This document shows, in pieces, positions 29,900 to 39,905 of a stretch of 64,000 bases of DNA; within the stretch, counting starts at the first letter, position 1; the number at the start of each line of letters is the position of its first letter. The stretch is from an uncultured Chthonomonadaceae bacterium (GTDB lineage: Bacteria; Armatimonadota; Chthonomonadetes; Chthonomonadales; Chthonomonadaceae). The translations under genes and the position numbers were made by a program. The notes under the pieces were generated by a model. It saw only the letters and a list, made by a program, of their open reading frames with translations, was not told the origin of the DNA and did no database searches. The stretch spans positions 288,001 through 352,000 of the forward strand of contig CAWFQB010000011.1 of NCBI GenBank assembly GCA_963817895.1, written 5' to 3'.

Positions 29900-30791
29900 A
29901 TGCGCGTACTGGTAACAGGGGCGAATGGCATGTTGGGCACGGACTTGTGCGCCATGCTGGAAGCGGGCGGGCATGAGGCGATTCGCACGGATGTCGGGGC
30001 GCGCGAGAACGTGCCTGCCGACTCGTGGGAAGCATTTGGATATTACCAATCCACAGAATGTGGCGGACGTGATTTTGAAGCATCAGCCGGATGCCGTCGT
30101 CCATACCGCCGCGTATACGGACGTGGACGGCTGTGAACGCAACCCGGACCGCGCCTATCTGCTCAACGCGCAGGGAACCTGGAACGTGGCGGCTGTGTGC
30201 GGGGCGCACAATATCGCGCTCGCGTATGTCAGCACGGATTTTGTGTTCGACGGCACGAAAACCACGCCGTACACGGAGTTTGATATGGTCAATCCCCTCA
30301 GTCACTATGGCGCGTCGAAACTGGCCGGGGAAAAACTCGTCGCGCAGTTATGCCGCAAGCACTACATCATTCGAACGCAATGGCTGTACGGCATTCACGG
30401 CAAATGTTTTCCCTCCACCATGCTCAATCTCGCCCAGACCCGCAAGGATTTGAATGTCGTGTTGGATCAAATCGGCAGCCCGACGCACACGGTTGATCTC
30501 GCCCGAACCATTATCATGCTGCTGCACACGCCCATGTACGGAACGTATCACGTCGCCAATGCGGGGCAGTGTTCCTGGGCGGAACTGGCGCAGCGCACAT
30601 TTGAACTCGCGGGCGTCACGCATGTCACAGTTCATCCCGTTCCTGCCAGCGAGTATCCCTCCCCCACCCGACGCCCCGCATACTCCGTGATGCGCCGCTA
30701 CGCTCTGGAACTGCAAGGCCGCGACAATCTTCCGCCCTGGCAGCAATCTCTCGCCGAATTTATCGCCCTGAAAAAGCAGCAAGCCTCCTGA
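29900..30791 (+). CDS. rfbD: dTDP-4-dehydrorhamnose reductase, frameshift near 30030
   Basis: VTGANGMLG, then AAYTDVDGCE, STDFVFDG, YGASKLAGE and DQIGSPT. Confidence 0.93.
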
Positions 30792-30891
30792 ATTCAGATC
30801 ATCTATGTTGTACATCGTAGATCGTAGCATGGGTAACGTATCTGGCTTGTATGCCGTCTAAAGCGCAATTCCTTTCGCTGGAGATACGACG

Positions 30892-32761
30892 ATGCGCCGA
30901 TCAGACGTTCGCTTGCTTCGCTTCACTTGTTCGGGCCGATTTTGGCTCGTGGGCGCGTGTGGGTTACTTTTCATGCCACTCACACCGAAAAACGTTGTTG
31001 CGCAATCCCCGGTTCCAGTCCCACCCGCCGATGTCTTTGCGCAGGACGCCCGGATGCAGCAGAATGTGAAGGTACGCGCGCCGGGGTTGGCGGTCAAAGA
31101 TTTGCTGGCGCGATTGTCGCAGGCTGCGGGCGTGAAACTAACCGCCGATAAACTCACTGCCGAAGACAAAGTAGTTGTGTTCAGCCCCGCGCGGCCTTTG
31201 CAGGCAACGCTTGGGGATATTGCCGCTTTGTTCAATGACTACTGGCGGCGAGAAAACGGAAGTGACGGCAAGCCGCGCTACCTTCTCACCCGTAATCCCC
31301 GCGCGGTTTCTCTGGAAGAGAACTCTCCTCAATGCGTCAAGGCATCGCCTGATAACACAACTTGAGGCGCAGGTGCGCGCATTGTCGGAAACGCCGGAAC
31401 AACTGGCGCAACGGCCTGCCAACGACTCTATCCGCAAAAACCTGTCCATTGCCGAAAATCGGGCGGCCACACAGGTTTACGCCGCGCTTGCTCCCGAACA
31501 GCGGGAGGCGTTGTTTTCCCGGCGGTATCTGAACTTTGCCGCGAGCGCCATCAATCCGCAAATGCGTGAGCCGATTGGCAATGTTTACGAGGTAAGCCTG
31601 CGCTTTGCCGCGCGGTTTCAGCAGCCGGGAGATGGGTCGCCAAAGGAAACCGTTGAGGATTACGCGCGGCGTGGCGTTCAGTTTGCCATACACACCAGCG
31701 GCGGGCATGTGATTCCCGCCGTTCAGGTGTACGGCAAAGGCACGATGCACGCCGCGCTGTTCGCGGAACTCGACGCCCGCAAACAATGGATACTGCCCGC
31801 ACATGGCAATCCCTACGCGCAAACGCCCTCGCCTGTAATGACATTGCTTCCTGATGCTGAACACACAGGGAAAGCGCAATCGGAAAAACAGTGGGTTGAC
31901 CGCCTGCGCAAACTGGCCGACGTATCCGGCAAGCCGATCCTTGCGGATTTTTACCGCAGTCAGGCCGTCAATGCGCTTCCTCCGACGGAACAGGAAGAAA
32001 CCCTGCCGTCCGCTGCGCCTGCCGACACTCAAAAACCTGCCATCGGGAAAAAGGCTGATGCGCAAAAAACGTCTTCCGGCAGCCCTGCCGACAGGGAGAA
32101 TATTTCCGCTCTGGATGCGCTTTGCCGTCCCGTTGGTTATCTCTGGTGGACGCGGCCAAATGGCGCGCTGCTGTTGCGCAAACGCGACTGGTACGAACAA
32201 CGGCTGTACGAAACGCCCGAAGATTGGCTGCTGGAAACGGTGAAGCGCATGGCCGCGCAAAACAACGTGCCGACCTTAGCCGATTTCTGTCGCGCGCGGG
32301 AATTGACCAACCAGCAAATTCTCGGTCTGAACAGTATGTATACGAGTGAAAACTACAGTTTTTCGGAAGTGGAAGCGGGCGGCACGGCGGAACTGCTCGG
32401 CCTGATTGAGCGTCAGCTTGCCACAAGCCCGGTTTACCATCAGCCACTGCTGCGGGGGCGTACGCGAAACGGGATTGTCAAGATTGAGGGAGACAGCCTG
32501 CCGGCGGCGCGGGAAACGCTGCAAGAGTTCCTGAACGCGCAGACAAAATTGCTTTCTCCCGCAGACATAAAATTATTTCGCGTGGATGCTTACGTGGTGG
32601 ACACTACGGTTCCTGAAGGCGGTTTCAAGGATGCGGAACTGACGCTGATGTGGAACGCAGGCGATGGCACCTTCGCGAGCCAATCCATTCGCCTCCCGTA
32701 CCGCCTGCCGAACGACGCGCAGGCGGAAACAGAAATCACAGTGGAAGCAGGTGGCTCCTGA
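30892..32761 (+). CDS. Secreted hypothetical protein with an STN/secretin-N-like start, frameshift near 31320
   Basis: Signal-like N-terminus followed by DARMQQNVKVRAPGLAVKDLLARLSQAAGVKLTA; two overlapping ORFs. Confidence 0.55.
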
Positions 32762-32777
32762 ATTTGTTTTTAGGATT

Positions 32778-32820
32778 GAAACGGGGGCGAAGGCTTAACA
32801 ACAGCCTTCGCCCCCGTTTC
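32778..32820 (+). terminator. Perfect 18-bp stem-loop
   Basis: gaaacgggggcgaaggct / agccttcgcccccgtttc just after the stop codon. Confidence 0.65.
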
Positions 32821-33078
32821 GGTTGTTAAAGTTTGCCGGTTGCGCAGCCGAGAATGTTGCGGGGCGCGCGAAACTATTTTTATTTTCCGGCGTACCCGTA
32901 AAGAAGCGGTAAAAAATATTTTCTTCATAGCAGGAATATGGCATTCGTGTTATGAATATCATGTCTGACGCGCGGACGCGGGCTACATAAAGAAACGCGC
33001 AGCGCAGCGCCAGGCGACATTTACCCTTTGTTGTTGCCGCTATCATTCTCTTCTCACCCGTTCCTCTGGAGGACAACC

Positions 33079-33864
33079 ATGCTACGGAAGTTCAGCGCCT
33101 TCACTCTGATCGAATTGCTCGTCGTGATCGCGATTATCGCGATCCTCGCCGCGATTCTCTTCCCCGTCTTCGCCAAAGCGCGGGAAAAAGCCCGCCAGTC
33201 CAGCTGCGCCAGCAACGAAAAACAGCTTGGTCTGGGCGTCTTGCAATATGTGCAGGACTACGACGAGCGTTATCCCACTGTTCGTATTCACCTCCCAAAC
33301 GACGCCTATGTGGATTGGCGTAACATCATTCAGCCGTATGTCAAAAACGTCGGCGTTACCGGCTGCCCCTCCAACCCGCAGCAGGGCAACCTGTACATTG
33401 GAGACTGCCAGGCATCCGTAGTGGACCCGCTGCCGGAATCAGGCTACAAGCGTATTCTGATAGATCGCGGCTATTCTATGGCAACCACCAATGCCTGCGC
33501 GGACGCCGGCAGTTGCAATGGTTTCTCCTATGCGGAAAATGCCAGATCGCCAAAGTTGGCGACTCTCGCCGCCCCGTCCACGACGCTGCTGATTACGGAA
33601 AACGTCGGTAATTTCTGTACCGATAGCTGCGCGTGGTGTTTCAACAACAACTATTGCCACACCGGTCAAAGCAACTTCGGGTTTGCCGACGGACATGTGA
33701 AATCGTTGAAGCCCACCTCAACGTACTCTCCGATTTGTATGTGGCATCTGGACAACAACAACGGACAAATGTGTGATAACTTCGGTGGCAACGTGATGCC
33801 TGCGGGAACCGACATCAACACGACCGTCAACAACGGCTACGACAAAACCTGCAAAAACCCATAG
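33079..33864 (+). CDS. DUF1559 prepilin-type protein (Cys-rich)
   Basis: [10 protein letters not shown]...; [24 protein letters not shown]. Confidence 0.93.
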   Translation: MLRKFSAFTLIELLVVIAIIAILAAILFPVFAKAREKARQSSCASNEKQLGLGVLQYVQDYDERYPTVRIHLPNDAYVDWRNIIQPYVKNVGVTGCPSNPQQGNLYIGDCQASVVDPLPESGYKRILIDRGYSMATTNACADAGSCNGFSYAENARSPKLATLAAPSTTLLITENVGNFCTDSCAWCFNNNYCHTGQSNFGFADGHVKSLKPTSTYSPICMWHLDNNNGQMCDNFGGNVMPAGTDINTTVNNGYDKTCKNP

Positions 33865-33894
33865 ACAATAGTTACCTGATGAATACAGGTGGGG

Positions 33895-33935
33895 ACACGG
33901 CGCGGAGCGAATTGCTCTGCGCCGTGTTCGTTTTT
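33895..33935 (+). terminator. Rho-independent terminator
   Basis: acacggcgcggagc-gaatt-gctctgcgccgtgt followed by a T tract. Confidence 0.75.
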
Positions 33936-34027
33936 ATGTGGGCTACATGCGCCGAAAGCAGGATTTATCGCTATCGGTGTCGTACACATTTGCAGGAAAA
34001 TACTGCGGGCGTAAACGGAGGCCGGAT

Positions 34028-35050
34028 ATGTTGAGAGTGGCGCTGGTGGGGGCGGGCGGCATGGCGGGGATGCATGCGAGTTGTTACACGAAAATCGCGA
34101 ACGCCGAACTTGTCGGCATCATGGATACGCGACTGGAAGCGGCGACCGCCCTGGCGGAAAAGAACCATTCAACCCCCTATACCGATTTTGACAAGATGCT
34201 GACCGAAACGCGCCCGGATGTGGTGGATGTCTGCTGTCCCACGCCCTGGCACGTAGATTATGTGTGTCGCGCGGCGGAGCGGGCAGGGGAGTGGGGATTG
34301 CGGGGCATTTCCACCGAGAAGCCGATGGCGCGAACGGTGGAAGAGTGCCGGCGTATGATTGCCGCCTGCGAACTGGCGGATGTGCCGTTGTTTGTGGCGC
34401 ATGTGCTGCGCTTTTTCCCCGAATACGCATTGGCGAAACAGGGCGTGGAGGGCGGCTATGTCGGCCAGCCTGCCGCTATTCGGACCCGGCGCGGCGGACC
34501 GATGCCCCGCGCCTGGAACGACTGGTACGCCAACTTCGATTGGAGCGGCGGCTTGATTCTTGACCTGATTATCCATGATTTCGACTGGCTGCGCTGGACG
34601 TTCGGGGAAGTGGAGCGCGTGTACGCCCGAGGCTGTCTGTCCGCGAAACTGCCCGGCTACGATTACGCGCTTGTCACGCTACGCTTCCAGAGCGGCGCGA
34701 TTGCCCATGTCGAGGGAACCTGGAACGATCCGAGCGGGTTCAAAGTGGGGCTTGAAATCGCCGGGGATGCGGGACTGGCGGAATACAACTTCAATCAGCC
34801 GACCGGCGCGCCTTTTCGCCAGTCCCTGAACGCGGCGCAAGCCGAAGGGGAGAAACCGCGTCCGGGTGTGGCCGTGCCGGAAAGCCCCACGAATGTCAAT
34901 CCGTATCAGGCGGAACTTCAGCATTTCCTCGATTGTCTCGAAGCGGGCGTAACACCGAGTATCACGCCGCAGGACGGCATGGCCGCCGTGCAGATCGCAA
35001 TGGCCGCGATTGAGTCTATCCAAACCGGCCAGCCTGTTACAGTGAAATAA
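34028..35050 (+). CDS. Gfo/Idh/MocA oxidoreductase (cytoplasmic)
   Basis: VGAGGMA, EKPMA and GGLILDLIIHDFD motifs. Confidence 0.92.
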   Translation: MLRVALVGAGGMAGMHASCYTKIANAELVGIMDTRLEAATALAEKNHSTPYTDFDKMLTETRPDVVDVCCPTPWHVDYVCRAAERAGEWGLRGISTEKPMARTVEECRRMIAACELADVPLFVAHVLRFFPEYALAKQGVEGGYVGQPAAIRTRRGGPMPRAWNDWYANFDWSGGLILDLIIHDFDWLRWTFGEVERVYARGCLSAKLPGYDYALVTLRFQSGAIAHVEGTWNDPSGFKVGLEIAGDAGLAEYNFNQPTGAPFRQSLNAAQAEGEKPRPGVAVPESPTNVNPYQAELQHFLDCLEAGVTPSITPQDGMAAVQIAMAAIESIQTGQPVTVK

Positions 35051-35053
35051 TTA

Positions 35054-35223
35054 TTCACCACCAAGACACCAAGAACACCAAGGGGGAAAAGAACATCAGT
35101 ATCCAGAAAGGAAAAGACGATATAAATTTCTGCATAAATGAATTTAGAGAACAGTTAGATTCTTCTCTTCTTTTCTCCTCTTATCCTCTTTCCCCTTGGT
35201 GTTCTTGGTGTCTTGGTGGTGAA
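35054..35223. repeat. Inverted pair of 8-9 nt repeats (CACCAAGA[A])n
   Basis: ttcaccaccaagacaccaagaacaccaagggg and its reverse complement ending at 35223. Confidence 0.88.
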
Positions 35224-35239
35224 AATACAAGGAGTGGTT

Positions 35240-35662
35240 ATGCAGCAGGTTGAGGGTTGTCCGATGTGTCCCGATGCCGGTGACGCGGATGTGGTGGCGG
35301 AACTATCAAGTGGGCGAGTACATTTGAAAAACGATGCCGATTATAAAGGCTACTGCGTGTTGATTTTTTGTCGCCATGCGGTGGAATTGCATGATTTGAC
35401 GCCGGATGAACGTAACCAATGGTGTGAGGATCAGGCGCGAATTGGAAAAGCCATTGCCGAAGTGTGCCGTCCGGCGAAATTGAACGTATGTATGTTGGGC
35501 AACCTGGTTCCGCATCTGCACTGCCATATTATGCCGCGCTATCCATCCGACCCTGAATGGGGCAACCCCCCGAGTTTTGCGGAGGGCGCGCATCGCCGTT
35601 TGTCGCCCGAAGAGTACGATCATTTAAGAAACGCGCTCCTGTCGGCGCTTGGCTCTGCGTAA
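35240..35662 (+). CDS. HIT family hydrolase
   Basis: CPMC and LGNLVPHLHCHIMPRY motifs. Confidence 0.92.
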   Translation: MQQVEGCPMCPDAGDADVVAELSSGRVHLKNDADYKGYCVLIFCRHAVELHDLTPDERNQWCEDQARIGKAIAEVCRPAKLNVCMLGNLVPHLHCHIMPRYPSDPEWGNPPSFAEGAHRRLSPEEYDHLRNALLSALGSA

Positions 35663-35673
35663 GGAGAAGCGCT

Positions 35674-37794
35674 ATGTCACCGAGTATTGGAGCGCGTTTG
35701 CAGGCGGTTCGCCACCGGCAATGGGTGGGACGCGACGCGGAAGTAAAGCTGTTTCGATCCGCGATTGAAATGGAAACGGTAGAATCCCCTTTTTGCCTGC
35801 TTTACATTTACGGGCCAGGGGGCGTGGGCAAAACAACGCTGCTCAACGCCTTTGCCGCTTTGTGCGATGAACGCGCCATAAATACCCTCCGGCTGGACGG
35901 CAGAGACATGGAGCCGACGCCGGACGCCTTTCTTCGCGCGCTTGGCGAGGCGCTGCATCTGAATCCAGGCGAAAATCCGTTCGATTCTCTGAACTCCGCC
36001 ACCCGGCCTTCTGTTTTGTTTGTAGACACATTTGAGGAGATCGAGGGGCTGGACGGCTGGATGCGCGAAGTATTTATGCCGCGCCTGCCGGAAAACGCGC
36101 TGGTTGTATTGTCAGGCAGACTGCCACCCTCCCCCGGCTGGCGAAGCGAAGCCGGCTGGCAGGAGATGATGCGAACCATTCCGCTCCGCAATCTCAGCCC
36201 CGATGAAAGCGTCTCTTACCTGCTGCAACACGCCATTCCCCCGGAACAGCATCACGCGATTTTAGAATTCACGCACGGCTACCCTCTCGCGCTGTCCCTC
36301 GTCGCGGATGTTTTCGCGCAGCGGGGCAGTATCCGATTCGACCGGGAAGATGCGCAGAATGTCGTGCAGGCGCTGCTGGAGCGTCTGCTCGCGAAAGCGC
36401 CGGATGGGGATCATCGCGCCGCGCTGGAAACCTGCGCTCTTGTCCACCTGACGACGGAGGGGCTGCTTGCGGAACTCAACCCCGGCATGGACGCGCCCGC
36501 GATGTTTCGCTGGCTGCGCGAGTTGTCTTTCATGGAAACGGGATGGCGTGGATTGTTTCCGCACGACGTGGCCCGCGAAGCGCTGCTGGCCGATCTGCGC
36601 TGGCGCAGTCCCGAACGCTACGCCGATTTGCACCGCCGCGCCCGCGCCTATTACACAGCGCGTATCAATGAAACGCAGGGGCAGGAGCAGCAGCGTATCC
36701 TGATGGACTATATCTTCCTGCATCGGGATAACGCCATTGTCCGCGCCGCGTTTCAGTGGCAGGAGAGCGCGGCCTTCGCGGAAATGGCGCGGCCTGAAGA
36801 CTGGCCCGCCCTGGTGGATATGACCGCGCGGCATGAGGGCGAAGAGTCCGCGCGTATTTTGAGTGAATGTCTGGAAGAGGCATCACAGAAAACCATCGTA
36901 TTTCGGGACGCGCTGGCCGGGAAGGCCGCAGCGGAGCCGTTGGGGTTTATGACAATTGTAATGCTGGAAAAGGTGAGCGCGGCGGCGCGGCAACGCGACC
37001 CGGCCGTCAACGCCGCCTGTCGCCACCTGGAACAACAGGCTCCCCTTCGTCCCGGCGAAACCGCGCTTTATTATCGCTATTGGATGGCGCGCGACACCTA
37101 TCAGGACGTTTGCCCCATACAAAGCCTGATTGTCGTCAACATGGTGCGGCACGACCTGACCACTCCCAATCTCGCCTTCACCTTTTTTCCCTGCCATGAC
37201 CCCGAATTCTGGGCGCCCGCGCTTGCCTACGCGCAGAAACAGCCCCTGCCGGACGCGGACTTCACAATTGACGGGCGCTGTTACGGCGTGTTCGGACACG
37301 ATTGGCGAGCCTTGCCCGCAACCCTCTGGATGTCCATACTGGCGGAACAGGAGACAGCGGGAGAGAGTCAGGTTGCGCCCCATCGCCCGGAGCCGCTGCT
37401 GGTACTCAGCGAGTCGGAGTTCGGCGCGGCGGTTCGCGACGTGTTGCGCCATCTCCGGCAGCCGGACGCGCTTCATATCAACCCTCTGCTGCGTTCACGG
37501 TTGCTTATCGAGCGGGCAGGCGCGGAGGCGGATGCAAACGTAAAAACAGACGCGCTTTGCGCGCTGGCGCGGGAAGCGGTAGAAGCCTGTAAAGTGTCCT
37601 CGCGCGCCGCCCGGAGCTATCACGCCCTGTTCCACACCTATGTTCAACCGGAAGCCACGCAGGAACAGGCCGCCGACAGGCTGGATTTGCCTTTCAGCAC
37701 TTACCGGCGTCATCTCATGGAAGGCATTGCGCAGGTGACGGAAAAGTTGTGGCGAAAAGAGATAGGGGAGGGTCATTTGACCGAACCCAAGTGA
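35674..37794 (+). CDS. STAND-like P-loop NTPase with a C-terminal HTH (putative regulator)
   Basis: WVGRDAE, GPGGVGKTT, VLFVDTFE, G.PLAL and C-terminal TQEQAADRLDLPFSTYRRHL. Confidence 0.82.
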   Translation: MSPSIGARLQAVRHRQWVGRDAEVKLFRSAIEMETVESPFCLLYIYGPGGVGKTTLLNAFAALCDERAINTLRLDGRDMEPTPDAFLRALGEALHLNPGENPFDSLNSATRPSVLFVDTFEEIEGLDGWMREVFMPRLPENALVVLSGRLPPSPGWRSEAGWQEMMRTIPLRNLSPDESVSYLLQHAIPPEQHHAILEFTHGYPLALSLVADVFAQRGSIRFDREDAQNVVQALLERLLAKAPDGDHRAALETCALVHLTTEGLLAELNPGMDAPAMFRWLRELSFMETGWRGLFPHDVAREALLADLRWRSPERYADLHRRARAYYTARINETQGQEQQRILMDYIFLHRDNAIVRAAFQWQESAAFAEMARPEDWPALVDMTARHEGEESARILSECLEEASQKTIVFRDALAGKAAAEPLGFMTIVMLEKVSAAARQRDPAVNAACRHLEQQAPLRPGETALYYRYWMARDTYQDVCPIQSLIVVNMVRHDLTTPNLAFTFFPCHDPEFWAPALAYAQKQPLPDADFTIDGRCYGVFGHDWRALPATLWMSILAEQETAGESQVAPHRPEPLLVLSESEFGAAVRDVLRHLRQPDALHINPLLRSRLLIERAGAEADANVKTDALCALAREAVEACKVSSRAARSYHALFHTYVQPEATQEQAADRLDLPFSTYRRHLMEGIAQVTEKLWRKEIGEGHLTEPK

Positions 37795-38080
37795 AAAATA
37801 GACGTACCTACATGAAAGTGAACAGAAAATGAGCAGTTTTCAGACTGGAAAACCCCTGTAGTTCTGCCTCATACTATATTGTATGAGTGAGAATGACTCC
37901 GTGAAGAGTCGCAAAACTTCTGCGGTTACGGAAAAATGCGCAATTCAGTCATTTTTGGATAAACGGGCTGTCCGCCTGCCTGATCTATCCGCCTCCAATT
38001 CAGCAAGAGGGAATTCCCTCGCAATCTATTATGTGTCGTGGCTACGTTCCTGGTGACGTTGACCACGCAAGGAGAATCAG

Positions 38081-38998
38081 ATGGGCCTAATACAAGATTT
38101 GCGCGGCATGGTGGAAGAGCGCCGCGTGACGCGCCGCGCCATGCTGCAACAACTCAGCCTCGCTACCCTCGGAGCCGCCGGTGGCTTCGGACTGGCCGCG
38201 TGTGGCGGCGGACACTCCGCCGTAGCGCAAAGCACCGTCACCGATGCGGATGTGCTTAACTTCGCCCTCAACCTCGAATATCTTGAAGCGCAGTATTATC
38301 AAGCCGCCGTGACCGGCAGCGGGCTATCCGACACAGACCTGGGAACGGGGCATGGCGTCATCACCATCAAGAGCAATCCGAAGGTTCCGTTCGCCACTCC
38401 CGCCTTCGCGCAGTACGGCGCCGAAATTGCTGCGGATGAACTCGCCCACGTCCGCTTCCTGCGCTCCGCGCTTGGCTCCGCTGCGGTTCCCGCGCCCGCC
38501 ATAGACCTGCTCAACAGCTTCAATGCGGCAGCCAACGCGGCGGGTATTGGCGCGTCCTTCGATCCATTTGCCAGTGAAGTGAACTTCCTTATCGGCGCGT
38601 TCATCTTCGAGGATGTCGGCGTGACAGCCTATCATGGCGCGGCCACTCTGCTGACCAACAAGACCTACCTGTCGGCAGCGGCGGGTATTCTGGCGGTCGA
38701 AGCGTACCATGCCAGCGAAGTGCGCACCCTCATCTACGGACTGGGCGCGACAGCGCAGGGCCTGGCGCAGAAGATTTCGGACCTGCGCGACAATCTGGAC
38801 GGCAGCACCGATGATGATCAGGGTGTCATAGACAGCAGCGGCAACGCCAACATCGTGCCGACCGACAGCAACGGCATCGCGTTTGCCCGCAACACCAGCC
38901 AGGTGCTGCACATCGTCTACGCTTCGGCGGCGGCTAACGCTGCCGGCGGCGGCTTCTTCCCCAACGGCGTCAACGGCAACATCAAAGTCGCGGCGTAA
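38081..38998 (+). CDS. Ferritin-like domain protein (Ferritin_2, desiccation-related), Tat lipoprotein
   Basis: TRRAML Tat motif with LAAC lipobox; [29 protein letters not shown] and VEAYHA motifs. Confidence 0.9.
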   Translation: MGLIQDLRGMVEERRVTRRAMLQQLSLATLGAAGGFGLAACGGGHSAVAQSTVTDADVLNFALNLEYLEAQYYQAAVTGSGLSDTDLGTGHGVITIKSNPKVPFATPAFAQYGAEIAADELAHVRFLRSALGSAAVPAPAIDLLNSFNAAANAAGIGASFDPFASEVNFLIGAFIFEDVGVTAYHGAATLLTNKTYLSAAAGILAVEAYHASEVRTLIYGLGATAQGLAQKISDLRDNLDGSTDDDQGVIDSSGNANIVPTDSNGIAFARNTSQVLHIVYASAAANAAGGGFFPNGVNGNIKVAA

Positions 38999-39024
38999 CT
39001 CCCGATGACGGTTGCGCAAGTTTG

Positions 39025-39075
39025 ATAAAAAACAGCCCACCTGCCCACCGCTACATTTGGAGGGCTGTTTTTTAT
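39025..39075 (+). terminator. Terminator-like hairpin
   Basis: ataaaaaacagccc ... gggctgttttttat. Confidence 0.6.
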
Positions 39076-39271
39076 AACTGTGCCAATTTTATCAGGATAT
39101 ATGTCATTGGTTTAATTTGACATATTTGTGGGAACGGCAGTATACGCCGGGCGTAGGTCGGCTTGTATGCAATGTCGCGTTCTTTGAGAAAGGAGACACG
39201 CATCCATCCGGCAGTAGAAAGCAGTAACGCTTTCATCTCTCAACGCTGAAATATTTGGAAAGGCTGCAAGC

Positions 39272-39811
39272 ATGATTCAACACGTGCAGTACAAGTCTCT
39301 TATTGGCATGGTCAGTGTGACCTGCCTGTTTATTCTCCCCGGCATGGCTTACGCTCAGGTTTCATCTCCCGCTGTGACCTTCACCAATGGCCTGTACCAC
39401 TACGATTACTCCATCGCCAACACTACCGCCGATGAATTGCTGCTTGTTACAATTCAGGTTCTGCCTTTTAACGATCCAGTCAACGCGAACAGCCCGACGA
39501 ATCCAAACAACCCTGTCTTCAATGTGAACGCGCCTGCCGGATTTTCATCCGCCTATGATCCTGTGAATGGCTTTGTAAGCTACCTGGAAGATACCAGCCA
39601 GTTCACCTTAACGCCCCTGAGTGGCTTTACTTATGACAGCGCTCTCGCGCCGATGCCCAGCACGTTCAACTCCACCTTTCTAACCAGCACGACGAGTGGA
39701 ACCACGCTGGCAGCCGTCCCCGAACCCGGCAGCATAGCATTGTTGGGAGCCATGAGCGCGGCGGGCTGCTTCTCGATGCGCAAACGCCGCCGAAATACCG
39801 AAAGCGCATAA
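39272..39811 (+). CDS. PEP-CTERM protein
   Basis: Signal peptide; VPEPGSIALL + TM + RKRRR. Confidence 0.92.
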   Translation: MIQHVQYKSLIGMVSVTCLFILPGMAYAQVSSPAVTFTNGLYHYDYSIANTTADELLLVTIQVLPFNDPVNANSPTNPNNPVFNVNAPAGFSSAYDPVNGFVSYLEDTSQFTLTPLSGFTYDSALAPMPSTFNSTFLTSTTSGTTLAAVPEPGSIALLGAMSAAGCFSMRKRRRNTESA

Positions 39812-39905
39812 GAAAAGTCCGCGTAAGACGGACTGGAACCGAATCGCACACCCTGTTCTGGTGCTTTTCTCTTTCTGCCCCTATCGGCAGACAAAGGAGA
39901 TCGTT

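Noticed and set aside
23722..31400. Programmed frameshifting or phase variation in glycan genes
   Set aside because: No consistent slippery or long homopolymer tracts; indels affect unrelated genes and algal exons alike.
3494..35223. Short repeat clusters as CRISPR arrays
   Set aside because: Units are 7-9 nt and contiguous, with no repeat-spacer periodicity and no cas genes.
37880..38075. Riboswitch or ncRNA in the ferritin-like gene leader
   Set aside because: Only small hairpins and no family consensus I can recognise; an Rfam/Infernal search would be needed.
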